A stretch of 64,000 nt of DNA from Pseudomonadota bacterium (GTDB lineage: Bacteria > Pseudomonadota > Gammaproteobacteria > Burkholderiales > Gallionellaceae): positions 12,592 through 76,591 of the forward strand of contig JAJXTH010000005.1 of assembly GCA_021783995.1 (NCBI GenBank). The letters are read 5' to 3'. Positions within the stretch are counted from its first letter, which is position 1. Every line of letters starts with the position of its first letter. A program made the translations under genes and the position numbers. This document shows positions 18,521 to 28,227 of this stretch, in pieces. Below the pieces are notes generated by a model that saw only the letters and a program-made list of their open reading frames with translations, made no database searches and was not told the DNA's origin.

Positions 18521-20109
18521 TGCTTGTCTCCTGTGCTGCCTTCTGATCTGTTTGCGGCGTCAGCCATCTTGTCGCGATTCCACCACCCTCCTCCCAATGC
18601 CTGATAGAGGGCTGCCGTATCTCCGAAGCGGTTGGTCTGTGCCTGAATCAGCGCGATGATGGACTGCTGGTAATTCTGTTCGGATGACAGAAGCTGTTGG
18701 TAGTTCACATAACCAGTCTCGTACTGCTTCTTCGTAAGATCGCGCGTCAGTCGCATCGCGCGTTCGGAACGGGATGCGGCGGCCAGAGACTTTGCATCGT
18801 ACTGGATGGCATACAGGGTGTCGGCCACATTCTGTATCGCGGTGATCACCGTGCTGCGGTACTGCGCGCCCGCCTGGACCAGCGCCTGCTGCGCGGCTTT
18901 TGATTTCGCCTTCAGCGTGCCTCCGTCAAAGATGGTCTGGCCTACATCGGCTGCGAGGTTGAAGAACCCGCCTCCGCTTTTGAACATCATGCCCATCGTG
19001 TCCGCATTGCCGCCCCATGCGCCGGTAATCGCGAACTGGGGCAGCCTGTTTGCAATTGCAACACCATACTGGGCGCTGGCCGCATGCATCTCTTCTTCTG
19101 CCATGCGCACGTCGGGACGCTGCTCGACGAGCTTCGAGGGAAGACTTAAGGGCAGGTCCTCTGGCAAATGCAGGGAAACGAGTGTGAAAACTTCAGGAAC
19201 ATCCTGATCCGCACGGTTCCCTGCCAGTGCACGGATCAGATCCCTGGTCTGATCGAGCTGTCTGGATAAAGTGATCAAGGATTGTTCGGTCTGAGCTAGC
19301 GCTGACTCCTGGGATGCGACGTCCAGTGCCGATGCAGCACCCAGTTCCTGCTGCTTCTTCAGGATCGCAAGCGCATCCCTGTTCGATCCGACTATCTTTT
19401 CTGTCGCATCGATCTGCGCGCGTAGCGAAGCCTCCTGCAACGCTGCGGCCACGATGTTGGAGGCGAGCGTGATATAAGTCGCCTCCAGCTGGTAGCGCTG
19501 GTAATCCGCTTGTGCCTTAAGCGATTCGACCTGTCTTCTGTTGGCACCGAACACGTCCGGTACATAACCCACGTTCACCTGCGCGGTATAGAAGTTGTAG
19601 TAAACAGGTGCATTGAAAGGAGGTGGGCCTCCCGGATTGGAGAAGGTCTGGATGATGTCGCCGTTTCCCTGCACCCCCGGAGAGTTTCCGCCCGTATTGC
19701 CGGAAAGCTTGGTGCGGGAAGGCGAGAAACTTGCGCCGACGGTGGGATAGAAATATCCCCTCTGTGCGTTCACATACTCCTGCGCTTCTTGCAATGCGGC
19801 CTGGGCAGACGCTATCGTGGGATTCGCCTTGAAGGCCTGCTCGATCAGGGAATTCAACTCAGGCGACTGGAACAGCGTCCACCAGTCGAAGGGAATATCC
19901 CTGGATGGATCAAATTTCTGCAACGCTCCCGCCACGGCATCCGCCTTTTCGGTCTCGCCAGGCATCGCCTTCGGTGCATAACTCTTTGCATCGGGCGGCT
20001 CGGGACGCTTGAAATCCGGGCCTACTGCGCAGCCACAGAGGAACAGTGCGGCCATAAATGCTGCCGCCCGGCACATGGCGATTGAGTAACCTGCAGGCAG
20101 GTTGAACAT
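18517..20109 (-). CDS. czcC: Outer-membrane efflux lipoprotein (NodT/TolC family)
   Basis: 530 aa with lipobox-like FLCGCAVG and duplicated OEP repeats. Its stop overlaps the adaptor gene start (ATGA). Confidence 0.75.
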   Translation of the reverse strand: MFNLPAGYSIAMCRAAAFMAALFLCGCAVGPDFKRPEPPDAKSYAPKAMPGETEKADAVAGALQKFDPSRDIPFDWWTLFQSPELNSLIEQAFKANPTIASAQAALQEAQEYVNAQRGYFYPTVGASFSPSRTKLSGNTGGNSPGVQGNGDIIQTFSNPGGPPPFNAPVYYNFYTAQVNVGYVPDVFGANRRQVESLKAQADYQRYQLEATYITLASNIVAAALQEASLRAQIDATEKIVGSNRDALAILKKQQELGAASALDVASQESALAQTEQSLITLSRQLDQTRDLIRALAGNRADQDVPEVFTLVSLHLPEDLPLSLPSKLVEQRPDVRMAEEEMHAASAQYGVAIANRLPQFAITGAWGGNADTMGMMFKSGGGFFNLAADVGQTIFDGGTLKAKSKAAQQALVQAGAQYRSTVITAIQNVADTLYAIQYDAKSLAAASRSERAMRLTRDLTKKQYETGYVNYQQLLSSEQNYQQSIIALIQAQTNRFGDTAALYQALGGGWWNRDKMADAANRSEGSTGDKQ

Positions 20110-20207
20110 TCAGAATCCTTCCCAAAAATTCCTGTCGGACATGTCGCCCGAGGTTGCGTTCAGCACCATGCGGCGGCAGTTGTCAGTTTTAAAATGCTTG
20201 CATATTC

Positions 20208-20263
20208 TTACAAAGGAGTTACATTTTTTTTAACGAAACGTGCATCTGCACCAAATTTCGTTA
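20208..20263. promoter_or_regulatory. Direct repeat TTACA-N6-TTACA plus inverted repeat TAACGAAA-N17-TTTCGTTA in the czcC / regulator divergent region
   Basis: Read directly: TTACA at 20208 and 20219, an 11-bp phasing. The inverted-repeat arms are at 20231-20238 and 20256-20263, with an inner GTGCA-TC-TGCAC palindrome. Confidence 0.35.
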
Positions 20264-20323
20264 CTATTGTCCCCTTAAAATCCGGCGCATGTTGCACCGG
20301 CTTTCTGACATGAACCTGACAAC

Positions 20324-20992
20324 ATGCGGATACTGATTGTTGAAGATGATGCGACCATGGGTGCTGCGATGGCTCAGTCGCTGGTGAATGGAGGCTACGC
20401 GTGCGATGTGGTAGGCAAGGTCGCCCATGCGCTGCACGCGTTGTCTGTCGAAAACTTCGACGCGATCGTGCTTGACCTTGGCCTGCCGGATGGTGATGGC
20501 TATCAGGTGGTGCGCCATCTGCGCACTGGGAGGAAGCTGCTCCCGGTGCTGATCCTGACTGCGCGTGATGCGGTGGAAGACCGCGTGCAAGGGCTGGACC
20601 TGGGAGCTGACGATTATCTGGTCAAGCCGGTAGCCATGCCCGAACTGCACGCACGCCTGCGCGCGCTGATCAGGCGCACCACAGGCATAGGAACGACACG
20701 ATTCAGGATAGGTGCACTTGAACTCGACACCGCAGGCAAGCAGGCCTATCTGGAAGGAAAAAGCCTCGACCTGTCCAGTCGCGAATGGTCAGTCCTGGAA
20801 TACCTCGCTGCCCACTCGCGGCGCATCATCTCCAAGGAACAGCTGATCCAGGCGACGACCGGATGGGATCAGGAACTGAGCTTCAATGCGATCGAGGCTT
20901 ATGTGCACCGGATAAGGAACAAGACTGAAGGGGCCGGCATCGCCATCCGCACGGTTCGCGGCCTGGGCTACATGCTTGAGGAAAACGGCTGA
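20324..20992 (+). CDS. OmpR/PhoB-family response regulator
   Basis: 222 aa. MRILIVEDD...DAIVLDLGLPDGDG receiver plus a winged-helix C-terminal domain (TVRGLGYML). Confidence 0.9.
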   Translation: MRILIVEDDATMGAAMAQSLVNGGYACDVVGKVAHALHALSVENFDAIVLDLGLPDGDGYQVVRHLRTGRKLLPVLILTARDAVEDRVQGLDLGADDYLVKPVAMPELHARLRALIRRTTGIGTTRFRIGALELDTAGKQAYLEGKSLDLSSREWSVLEYLAAHSRRIISKEQLIQATTGWDQELSFNAIEAYVHRIRNKTEGAGIAIRTVRGLGYMLEENG

Positions 20993-22398
20993 TGCGCATC
21001 TACACGTTGCGGCGACGGTTGTTCAGGCAGCTAGGCCTGCCGCTTATCGCCATCCTGATACTGGGCGCAATCTTTGCCTACCTGTTCGCACTGCATGCCG
21101 CGATGACCGCGTACGACCTGGGGTTGCTGAACGACGCGCTGGATCTCTCGCAGCAGGTGGAAATTCGCAACGGGCGTTTCTCCATCAATCTGCCGCTGGC
21201 CGCGCAGCAGATGCTGCAGGCAAACAATCAGGACCGCGAGTCCTACGCTGCATGGGATGAAAATGGAAACCTGTTCTCTGGCAACCCGACATTGCTCAGG
21301 ATACATGCGCCCCTTGCGACTGCCGACCATCGTTTTGACGATCTGGTGATGTCCGGTGAGAAAAACCGGGCGGTCATACTCCGTCAGCACATGCAGGACA
21401 GCACCTACTACATCGCGGTTTCTCAGACCATGCGCGGCCGCAATCTCCTGACCGACAAGACTTTTGCAGAAATACTGCTTCCCGAGGCATTGCTTGCCAT
21501 CGTTTCCATCGGTGTGATCCTGTGGGGAGTGCGACGGGGACTCACGCCTGTCGAAACTCTGAGAGACGAAATCGTCAGCCGCTCATCAAACGACCTGCGC
21601 CCCATTGATGAGGCATCTGCCCCTGCCGAGCTCACGCTGATCATACATGGCATCAACGAGCTCTTCGGTCACCTGGCCAGCTCGTTCGCAAGCCACCGGC
21701 GCTTTATCGCAGATGCAGCCCATCAGTTGAGAACTCCGCTTGCGTCTTTAAGCAGCCAGATCGAGGTTGGCCTGGAAAAGACACCGGTTGACATGGACAA
21801 ATTCCTTCGCCAGCTTCTTGCAACCACCCAGCGCACGACCCACCTTTCAAACCAGCTGCTATCTCTTGCAAGGCTTGAACACACCGAGACCGCGATGCAT
21901 GAGGTGGTCATGGTCGACCTGCGCCAGGTCTTTCTCGATGCATCTCCAGACTTCATATCTCTTGCAGCGAAAAAAAACGTGGAGATAGATTTCGACCTTC
22001 AGCCTTCGACGGTCAGAGGCAGCCCCCTGATGCTGCGCGAGCTTGTGTCCAACCTTCTGGACAATGCTGTTCGATACACACCAGCAGACGGCAGAGTTGA
22101 AGTCATCCTGAAAAAACATGATGGACCCATTCTCCTCTTCATGCAGAACGAAGGGCCACCCATCCTTCCCGAAGAGCTCATCAAGCTTGGAACGCCTTTT
22201 TATCGCCCTCCCTCGAGCGAACCCGATGGATGCGGTCTGGGGCTTGCCATCGTGAAGGAGGTCGCCCGCATACACGGTGCCGAGGTATCCTTCGATCACG
22301 GCGATCACGGTGGAGGATTGCAGGTTCGCGTTCTGTTCCAGCCTTTCGAGCTAGCAGGAGCCGGACAGCCTGGCGTTGTCCTGAAGGGCCGGCAATAA
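20992..22398 (+). CDS. Sensor histidine kinase partner (two TM segments, periplasmic loop)
   Basis: 468 aa. H-box AAHQLRTPLA, N box LLDNAVRYTP, G box GCGLGLAIV. The start overlaps the regulator stop codon by 1 nt. Confidence 0.88.
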   Translation: MRIYTLRRRLFRQLGLPLIAILILGAIFAYLFALHAAMTAYDLGLLNDALDLSQQVEIRNGRFSINLPLAAQQMLQANNQDRESYAAWDENGNLFSGNPTLLRIHAPLATADHRFDDLVMSGEKNRAVILRQHMQDSTYYIAVSQTMRGRNLLTDKTFAEILLPEALLAIVSIGVILWGVRRGLTPVETLRDEIVSRSSNDLRPIDEASAPAELTLIIHGINELFGHLASSFASHRRFIADAAHQLRTPLASLSSQIEVGLEKTPVDMDKFLRQLLATTQRTTHLSNQLLSLARLEHTETAMHEVVMVDLRQVFLDASPDFISLAAKKNVEIDFDLQPSTVRGSPLMLRELVSNLLDNAVRYTPADGRVEVILKKHDGPILLFMQNEGPPILPEELIKLGTPFYRPPSSEPDGCGLGLAIVKEVARIHGAEVSFDHGDHGGGLQVRVLFQPFELAGAGQPGVVLKGRQ

Positions 22399-22481
22399 AT
22401 TGAGTCAAAAAACATCCGCACCCATGCGCCTCTGGTTATAATTCGCCCTTTACACAATTAAGCATAACCGGAGTTCCTGCC

Positions 22482-25190
22482 ATGCAGCACGATCTGTTCA
22501 ACACCCGCACCGCATTCAATCTTGCCGACGGCAAAACGGGCATCATGTATTCATTGCCCGCGCTTGAAAAGGCAGGCCTTGGCAAGATTTCGCGCCTGCC
22601 CGTGTCGATCCGCATCGTGCTGGAAGCTGTATTGCGCAATCTTGACGGCAAGAAGATCACCGAAGCGCATGTCCGGGAACTGGCAGGATGGAAGCCCAAT
22701 GCTGCGCGCACCGAGGAGATCCCTTTCATCGTCGCGCGCATCGTGCTGCAGGATTTCACGGGCGTTCCACTTCTTGCAGACCTTGCCGCGATGCGCGATG
22801 CGGCAGCCGCCAGAGGACGAAACCCCAAGGTCATCGAGCCTTTGGTTCCGGTGAACCTTGTGGTCGACCATTCCGTCCAGATAGACAGCTACAACAATCC
22901 GGATGCGCTCAAGATCAACATGCAGATGGAATTCGAGCGCAACACGGAGCGCTACCGCTTCATGAAGTGGGGCATGCAGGCCTTCGACACCTTCAAGGTG
23001 GTGCCGCCTGGCATAGGCATCGTGCATCAGGTCAACCTCGAATACCTTGCGCGCGGCGTGCAGCACAAGGACAGTCCCGAGGGGCGTGTCTATTATCCCG
23101 ACACACTGGTCGGCACAGACAGCCACACCACGATGATCAACGGCATAGGCGTTGTCGGTTGGGGGGTTGGCGGGATCGAGGCCGAAGCGGGCATGCTGGG
23201 CCAACCCGTGTACTTCCTCACACCCGACGTGGTCGGTGTTCATCTCAAGGGCAGGCTCAAGGAAGGTGTTACGGCAACCGATGCGGTGCTGACCGTCACC
23301 GAGCTTTTGCGCAAGCACAAGGTGGTCGGCAAGTTCGTGGAATTTTTTGGTGAAGGCACGGCAGCACTCACGCTGCCAGACAGGGCGACCATCGCCAACA
23401 TGGCGCCGGAATACGGCGCGACCATGGGTTTCTTTCCTGTGGATGATATCACCGTCAGCTTCATGAAAAACACCGGAAGAACGTCCGGGGAGCTCGATGC
23501 GTTCGAGTCCTACTTCAGGGCGCAGGGGCTCTTCGGCATACCGAAGGCGGGCGAGATAGACTACAGCAGCGTGGTGGAGCTCGATCTCTCCACGATCACC
23601 CCCTCCCTTTCCGGGCCCAAGAGGCCGCAGGACCGCATCGAACTATCCCGGATGCAGGAAACATTCGATACGCTTTTCTCCAAGCCGGTTTCTGAAAACG
23701 GCTTCAATCATCCCGCCGAGAAACTTAATCAGCGCTATCCCATAGGGCGCGATGACATAGAGATAGGCAACGGCGACGTGCTGATCGCGGCGATCACTTC
23801 CTGCACCAACACCTCGAATCCCGGCGTGATGCTCGCCGCAGGGCTGCTTGCGAAGAAAGCCATCGAGAAAGGACTTTCCGTCAAGCCCCACATCAAGACC
23901 ACGCTGGCACCCGGCTCGCGCGTGGTAAGCGCCTATCTTGGCAATGCGGGACTGCTGGAGCCGCTTTCCAGGCTCGGCTTTGGCGTTGCCGCCTACGGCT
24001 GCACCACCTGCATAGGCAATTCTGGCCCGCTGGATCCGCAGATCGACGAGACCATCGTCAAGAACGATCTTGTCGCCGCGGCCGTGCTTTCCGGCAACCG
24101 CAATTTCGAGGCGCGCATACACGCCCACATCAAGGCCAACTACCTTGCAAGCCCGCCACTCGTGATCGCCTATGCCATCGCAGGACGGATGAACGTGAAC
24201 CTGGACAGCGAACCCCTGGGCACCGGGAATGACGGAGAGCCCGTCTATCTCCGCGACATCTGGCCGTCGAGCGAGGAAATCCATGAAGTCAGCCATTTCG
24301 CGATGGATCCGGAAATCTATCGCACGCTGTATTCAGACCTGACGCGCGATCTGCCGCTGTGGAATGAAATCACCGCACCCACAGGGGATCTGTACCAGTG
24401 GGACGAATCGACCTACATCGCCCGCCCGCCTTTCTTCGAGCACGAGCAGAGCGGAAAGATAACAGGGGTCGAGAATGCGCGCGCGCTGGCGATCTTTGGC
24501 GACTCGGTGACGACGGACCACATCAGTCCTGCGGGCAGCTTCAAGCCGGCCACACCCGCCGGCAAGTTTTTGCAGGGCAAGGGTGTTGCCATCAAGGACT
24601 TCAACAGCTACGGTTCGCGCCGGGGTAACCACGACGTGATGATGCGCGGCACCTTCGCCAACGTGCGCATCAAGAATCTGATGCTGCCTGCAAGAGCCGA
24701 CGGCAGCCACCCCGAGGGCGGCTATACCTTGTATGAAGGAGCGGAGACCGACATCTACAGCGCCGCGATGAACTACATCAAGACGGGTACGCCGACTCTC
24801 GTTTTTGCAGGCGAGGAATATGGCACGGGATCCTCCCGCGACTGGGCAGCCAAGGGCACGCAGCTTCTGGGCGTGAAAGCCGTGATCGCCAGGTCCTACG
24901 AAAGAATACACAGAAGCAACCTGGTCGGCATGGGCGTGCTGCCCTTGCAGTTCAAGGAAGGCATGAGCGCTGCCTCCTTGCACTTAAAGGGCGACGAGTC
25001 TTTCGATCTCGTGGGCATAGACGAGAATCTGAAGCCGCAGCAGGATGTGACGCTCGTGATCCATCGATCCGACAAGAGCACGGAAAAGGTGCCGCTGCTG
25101 CTGCGCATCGACACGCCTATCGAGGTGGATTACTACCGTGCAGGCGGCATACTGCCCTATGTGCTAAACGAACTGACCGGCAAGGCGTAA
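22482..25190 (+). CDS. acnA: Aconitate hydratase A
   Basis: 902 aa. End-to-end AcnA/IRP-type sequence, including the Fe-S ligand region [10 protein letters not shown] and CTTCIGNSG. Confidence 0.93.
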   Translation: MQHDLFNTRTAFNLADGKTGIMYSLPALEKAGLGKISRLPVSIRIVLEAVLRNLDGKKITEAHVRELAGWKPNAARTEEIPFIVARIVLQDFTGVPLLADLAAMRDAAAARGRNPKVIEPLVPVNLVVDHSVQIDSYNNPDALKINMQMEFERNTERYRFMKWGMQAFDTFKVVPPGIGIVHQVNLEYLARGVQHKDSPEGRVYYPDTLVGTDSHTTMINGIGVVGWGVGGIEAEAGMLGQPVYFLTPDVVGVHLKGRLKEGVTATDAVLTVTELLRKHKVVGKFVEFFGEGTAALTLPDRATIANMAPEYGATMGFFPVDDITVSFMKNTGRTSGELDAFESYFRAQGLFGIPKAGEIDYSSVVELDLSTITPSLSGPKRPQDRIELSRMQETFDTLFSKPVSENGFNHPAEKLNQRYPIGRDDIEIGNGDVLIAAITSCTNTSNPGVMLAAGLLAKKAIEKGLSVKPHIKTTLAPGSRVVSAYLGNAGLLEPLSRLGFGVAAYGCTTCIGNSGPLDPQIDETIVKNDLVAAAVLSGNRNFEARIHAHIKANYLASPPLVIAYAIAGRMNVNLDSEPLGTGNDGEPVYLRDIWPSSEEIHEVSHFAMDPEIYRTLYSDLTRDLPLWNEITAPTGDLYQWDESTYIARPPFFEHEQSGKITGVENARALAIFGDSVTTDHISPAGSFKPATPAGKFLQGKGVAIKDFNSYGSRRGNHDVMMRGTFANVRIKNLMLPARADGSHPEGGYTLYEGAETDIYSAAMNYIKTGTPTLVFAGEEYGTGSSRDWAAKGTQLLGVKAVIARSYERIHRSNLVGMGVLPLQFKEGMSAASLHLKGDESFDLVGIDENLKPQQDVTLVIHRSDKSTEKVPLLLRIDTPIEVDYYRAGGILPYVLNELTGKA

Positions 25191-25193
25191 CCG

Positions 25194-26507
25194 CTATAAA
25201 ACCAGGTCACCCCAGAGGTCGTGGGCATCCGAATCGGTGATCACGACCTCCACCCTGTCGCCCGCCTTCAGATGCTTTCCTCCGTCGATGTAGACCTGCC
25301 CGTCGATTTCCGGCGCATCTGCAAAACTTCGCGCGACCGCGCCCTCCTCCACCACCTCGTCCACCAACACCGTCATGGTCTTGCCGATCTTGCGCTTCAG
25401 TTTCTCTTCGCTGATCTCTTCCTGCAGCAGCATCAAGCGCGCAAGACGCTCCTCCTGAAGTTCGGGCGGTACGTGGTCAGGCAGTTCGTTGGCAAGTGCG
25501 CCCTCAACGGGGGAGTAGGCAAAAGCGCCCACGCGGTCGAGCCCTGCCTCCTTCAGGAAATCCAGCAATTCCTCGAACTCGGCTTCGGTCTCTCCGGGAA
25601 AGCCCACGATGAACGTGCTGCGCAAGGTGAGCTCCGGGCAGATTTCGCGCCATCGCCTGATGCGGCCGAGCACGTTTTCGCTGTTGCCGGGGCGCTTCAT
25701 CAGCTTCAGGATGCGCTGGTTCGCGTGCTGAAACGGTATATCCAGATAGGGCAGTATCTTTCCCTCGGCCATCAGCGGGATCACATCGTCCACATGCGGA
25801 TAGGGATAGACGTAATGCAGTCTCACCCATACGCCGAGACTGCCCAGCGCCTCCGCGAGTTCGGTCATGCGCGTCTTCAATGGCCTGCCGTTCCAGAAGC
25901 CCGTGCGGTATTTCACGTCCACCCCATAGGCGCTGGTGTCCTGCGAGATCACCAAGAGTTCCTTCACGCCGGACTTGACGAGACTCTCTGCTTCGGCCAT
26001 CACATCGCCGACGGGACGGCTGACCAGATCTCCCCTCATGTTGGGGATGATGCAGAAGGTGCAGCGGTGATTGCAACCTTCGGAAATCTTGAGGTATGCG
26101 TAATGCCTGGGCGTGAGCCTGATGCCCTGGGGCGGCACGAGGTCCGTGTAAGGATCGTGGGGCTTCGGAAGATGCTGGTGCACCGCCTCCATCACCTCGT
26201 CGGTCGCATGCGGACCCGTGATCGCAAGCACCTTGGGATGCGCCTCGCGCACGACATCGTCCTTGGCGCCCAGGCAGCCGGTGACGATCACCCGGCCGTT
26301 CTCCGCCAGCGCTTCGCCGATAGCATCGAGCGACTCCCGGACTGCGCTGTCGATGAAGCCGCAGGTATTCACCACGACCAGGTCGGAATCCTGATAGCTC
26401 GTCGAGATCAGATAACCTTCCGCGCGCAGACGCGTCAGGATATGTTCGGAATCCACCGTCGCCTTGGGGCAGCCCAGCGATACGAAGCCAACTTTTGCAA
26501 TATTCAT
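25194..26507 (-). CDS. rimO: Ribosomal protein S12 methylthiotransferase
   Basis: 437 aa. N-terminal UPF0004 Cys triad (SLGCPK..NTCGF), radical-SAM CNHRCTFC motif, and a C-terminal TRAM domain. Confidence 0.9.
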   Translation of the reverse strand: MNIAKVGFVSLGCPKATVDSEHILTRLRAEGYLISTSYQDSDLVVVNTCGFIDSAVRESLDAIGEALAENGRVIVTGCLGAKDDVVREAHPKVLAITGPHATDEVMEAVHQHLPKPHDPYTDLVPPQGIRLTPRHYAYLKISEGCNHRCTFCIIPNMRGDLVSRPVGDVMAEAESLVKSGVKELLVISQDTSAYGVDVKYRTGFWNGRPLKTRMTELAEALGSLGVWVRLHYVYPYPHVDDVIPLMAEGKILPYLDIPFQHANQRILKLMKRPGNSENVLGRIRRWREICPELTLRSTFIVGFPGETEAEFEELLDFLKEAGLDRVGAFAYSPVEGALANELPDHVPPELQEERLARLMLLQEEISEEKLKRKIGKTMTVLVDEVVEEGAVARSFADAPEIDGQVYIDGGKHLKAGDRVEVVITDSDAHDLWGDLVL

Positions 26508-26584
26508 TTCAACCCTGATAGTCCATTAACGATTTTCAGACGGCTTGTCGGCGTACATTATCGGGATCATTCACTTTGCATTTC

Positions 26585-26911
26585 TTATCCAAGCTTCTTC
26601 AGCCAACTCGGATGTTTTTTAACCAGAAGCTGCAATGCTGCATCCATACGAGTCTGCCAGCCCTCGCCTGTCGAGCGGAAGTAAGATAAAACTTCCGGGC
26701 TATACCGAACGCTCACCTGTTCCTTGCGAGACGTACTGACAGGACGCCCGCGTTTCTTGCGATATTCCTCCGCACCCTTCTGCATTTCTTCGCGACTCAA
26801 GGGACGATCATCTTCATCCTTTCCGTCCCATACATAATCACCAGCAGGCGGGGCTTTATTCAATGCTTCCAGGACTGTCTTACGCTGTGTAGTCATTTTT
26901 GAGCCACTCAT
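26585..26911 (-). CDS. brnA: BrnA-family antitoxin
   Basis: MSGSKMTTQRKTV...KEQVSVRYSPEVLSYFRSTGEGWQTRMDAALQ matches the BrnA C-terminal RHH-like pattern. Start taken at ATG 26911 (26896 is also possible); the longer track ORF start lies inside brnT. Confidence 0.7.
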   Translation of the reverse strand: MSGSKMTTQRKTVLEALNKAPPAGDYVWDGKDEDDRPLSREEMQKGAEEYRKKRGRPVSTSRKEQVSVRYSPEVLSYFRSTGEGWQTRMDAALQLLVKKHPSWLKKLG

Positions 26912-27174
26912 GATAAGCCTCTCTTGCTTCCTTGCTGGCTGTGCGAAAACTGATGATATTAAATCTTTCCCCTGGCAGATGCACAAACAGTCAGCACTGA
27001 AAGTCTGTCAAAGACATAAGCGAACGATTGAACGCGTTCTTCATTGCTTCTGACACTGTTTATGTCAAGCCGGAACTGGCTTTCCAACACCAGCCCCGCA
27101 TCGGCAAAGTCCGGAAGATGTTTATCCAGATTGGCCGCCCGTTTCTGTTCGTTCCAGGTTAAACGCAACTCCAT
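26880..27174 (-). pseudogene. brnT: BrnT-family toxin gene interrupted by a 1-nt frameshift
   Basis: Frame 1 reads MELRLTWNEQKRAANLDKH...FDRLSVLTV, then stops after 8 junk codons. The canonical C-terminus VHLPGERFNIISFRTASKEAREAYHEWLKNDYTA continues in the adjacent frame. The shift maps to the T-run at 26985-26987. Confidence 0.7.
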
Positions 27175-27255
27175 ACAATTATTGTAGATGCACTAATTAA
27201 GTTGGTCAACAATAGTATCGGCTGGAAAAATCCAGGAATATTCATTTCGCGCTTT

Positions 27256-28026
27256 CTATTCCGCAATCAGAAGGTTGACCAGATATATCGAGGATACACC
27301 GGCCGAGATCAGCAGCACCTGTTCCAGCGTGTCGCGCAGCGCGGTCCGCTTGTGCAGCCCCGGGATCAAATCGGCCACGGCGACATAGATCAGGCTTGCG
27401 GCTGCCAGCGCAAGCAGCGTGGGCACGATGTTCTGCACCGATTGCAGCGCGTAATAGGCCAGCATTCCGCCGACCAGCGTCGCAAGCGTGGAGAGCAGAT
27501 TGAGCGCCAGCGCCTGCGCACGGCTGTAGCCCGAATGCAGCAGGATCATGAAGTCGCCGACCTCCTGAGGAATTTCGTGCGCAATGATCGCCAGCGCCGT
27601 CACTAGCCCCAGATGCACGTCGGTCAGGAATGCGGCCGCGATGATCACGCCATCGACAAAATTGTGGAACGTGCCGCCCACCAGTATCATCAGGCCGCTG
27701 CGTCCATAGTGCCTGTCCGGTTCATGCGCCTCGCAGTGATCGTGATGGCAATGCCGCCACAGGAGCAGTTTCTCGAGGATGAAAAATGCGAGTATGCCTG
27801 CGAGTATCGTGCCGCTCAGCAGGGCGCCATCCTTTGCCAGATGTATGGCTTCGGGCAGGATGTCCAGAAACACCGCGCCCAGGAGCGCGCCTATCGCATA
27901 GCTCACCAGCGCATTCAGCCAGTTCGCGCGCGCGCTGAGCGCAAAAAGCGCTGCGCAGGAAACGCTCAGCGCACCACCCAGAACGCTGGATGCGACTATC
28001 CACAACAGAACGGTCATGGGATGCAT
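27256..28026 (-). CDS. ZIP-family divalent metal transporter
   Basis: 256 aa, 8-TM pattern. His-rich loop HCHHDHCEAHEP, plus the ZIP signatures HNFVDGV and HEIPQEVGDF. Confidence 0.85.
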   Translation of the reverse strand: MHPMTVLLWIVASSVLGGALSVSCAALFALSARANWLNALVSYAIGALLGAVFLDILPEAIHLAKDGALLSGTILAGILAFFILEKLLLWRHCHHDHCEAHEPDRHYGRSGLMILVGGTFHNFVDGVIIAAAFLTDVHLGLVTALAIIAHEIPQEVGDFMILLHSGYSRAQALALNLLSTLATLVGGMLAYYALQSVQNIVPTLLALAAASLIYVAVADLIPGLHKRTALRDTLEQVLLISAGVSSIYLVNLLIAE

Positions 28027-28074
28027 TCGAAAATCAGGGGCGCGGATTATAGCGGATTGCCCTCCAACAGCGAT

Positions 28075-28104
28075 AAAAAATCCCCCGGAACCTTATCCGG
28101 GGGA
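28075..28104 (-). terminator. Rho-independent terminator downstream of the kinase gene
   Basis: The minus strand reads TCCCCCGG-ataaggtt-CCGGGGGA followed by TTTTTT. Confidence 0.6.
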
Positions 28105-28227
28105 CTCTTCAAGCAGGGGGGCCTGCACATCCGGCTCGAAGGAGGATGGGTTTCAAGCCGAATGTCCGAGAATTTTACTATGATACTGAATTCAAATCAA
28201 CCCTGAAAATCCAGATCGATCAAAGCG

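Noticed and set aside
25221-26684. 487-aa plus-strand ORF
   Set aside because: Antisense to rimO and running into the brnA region. It has no motifs and no plausible ribosome-binding site, so it is a shadow ORF.
28105-28227. Unassigned 120-bp gap and the 100-aa ORF at 28146-28448
   Set aside because: The ORF overlaps the kinase 3' end in antisense and is Ala/Ser/Arg-rich junk. I recognised no RNA motif or metal-regulator box in the gap.
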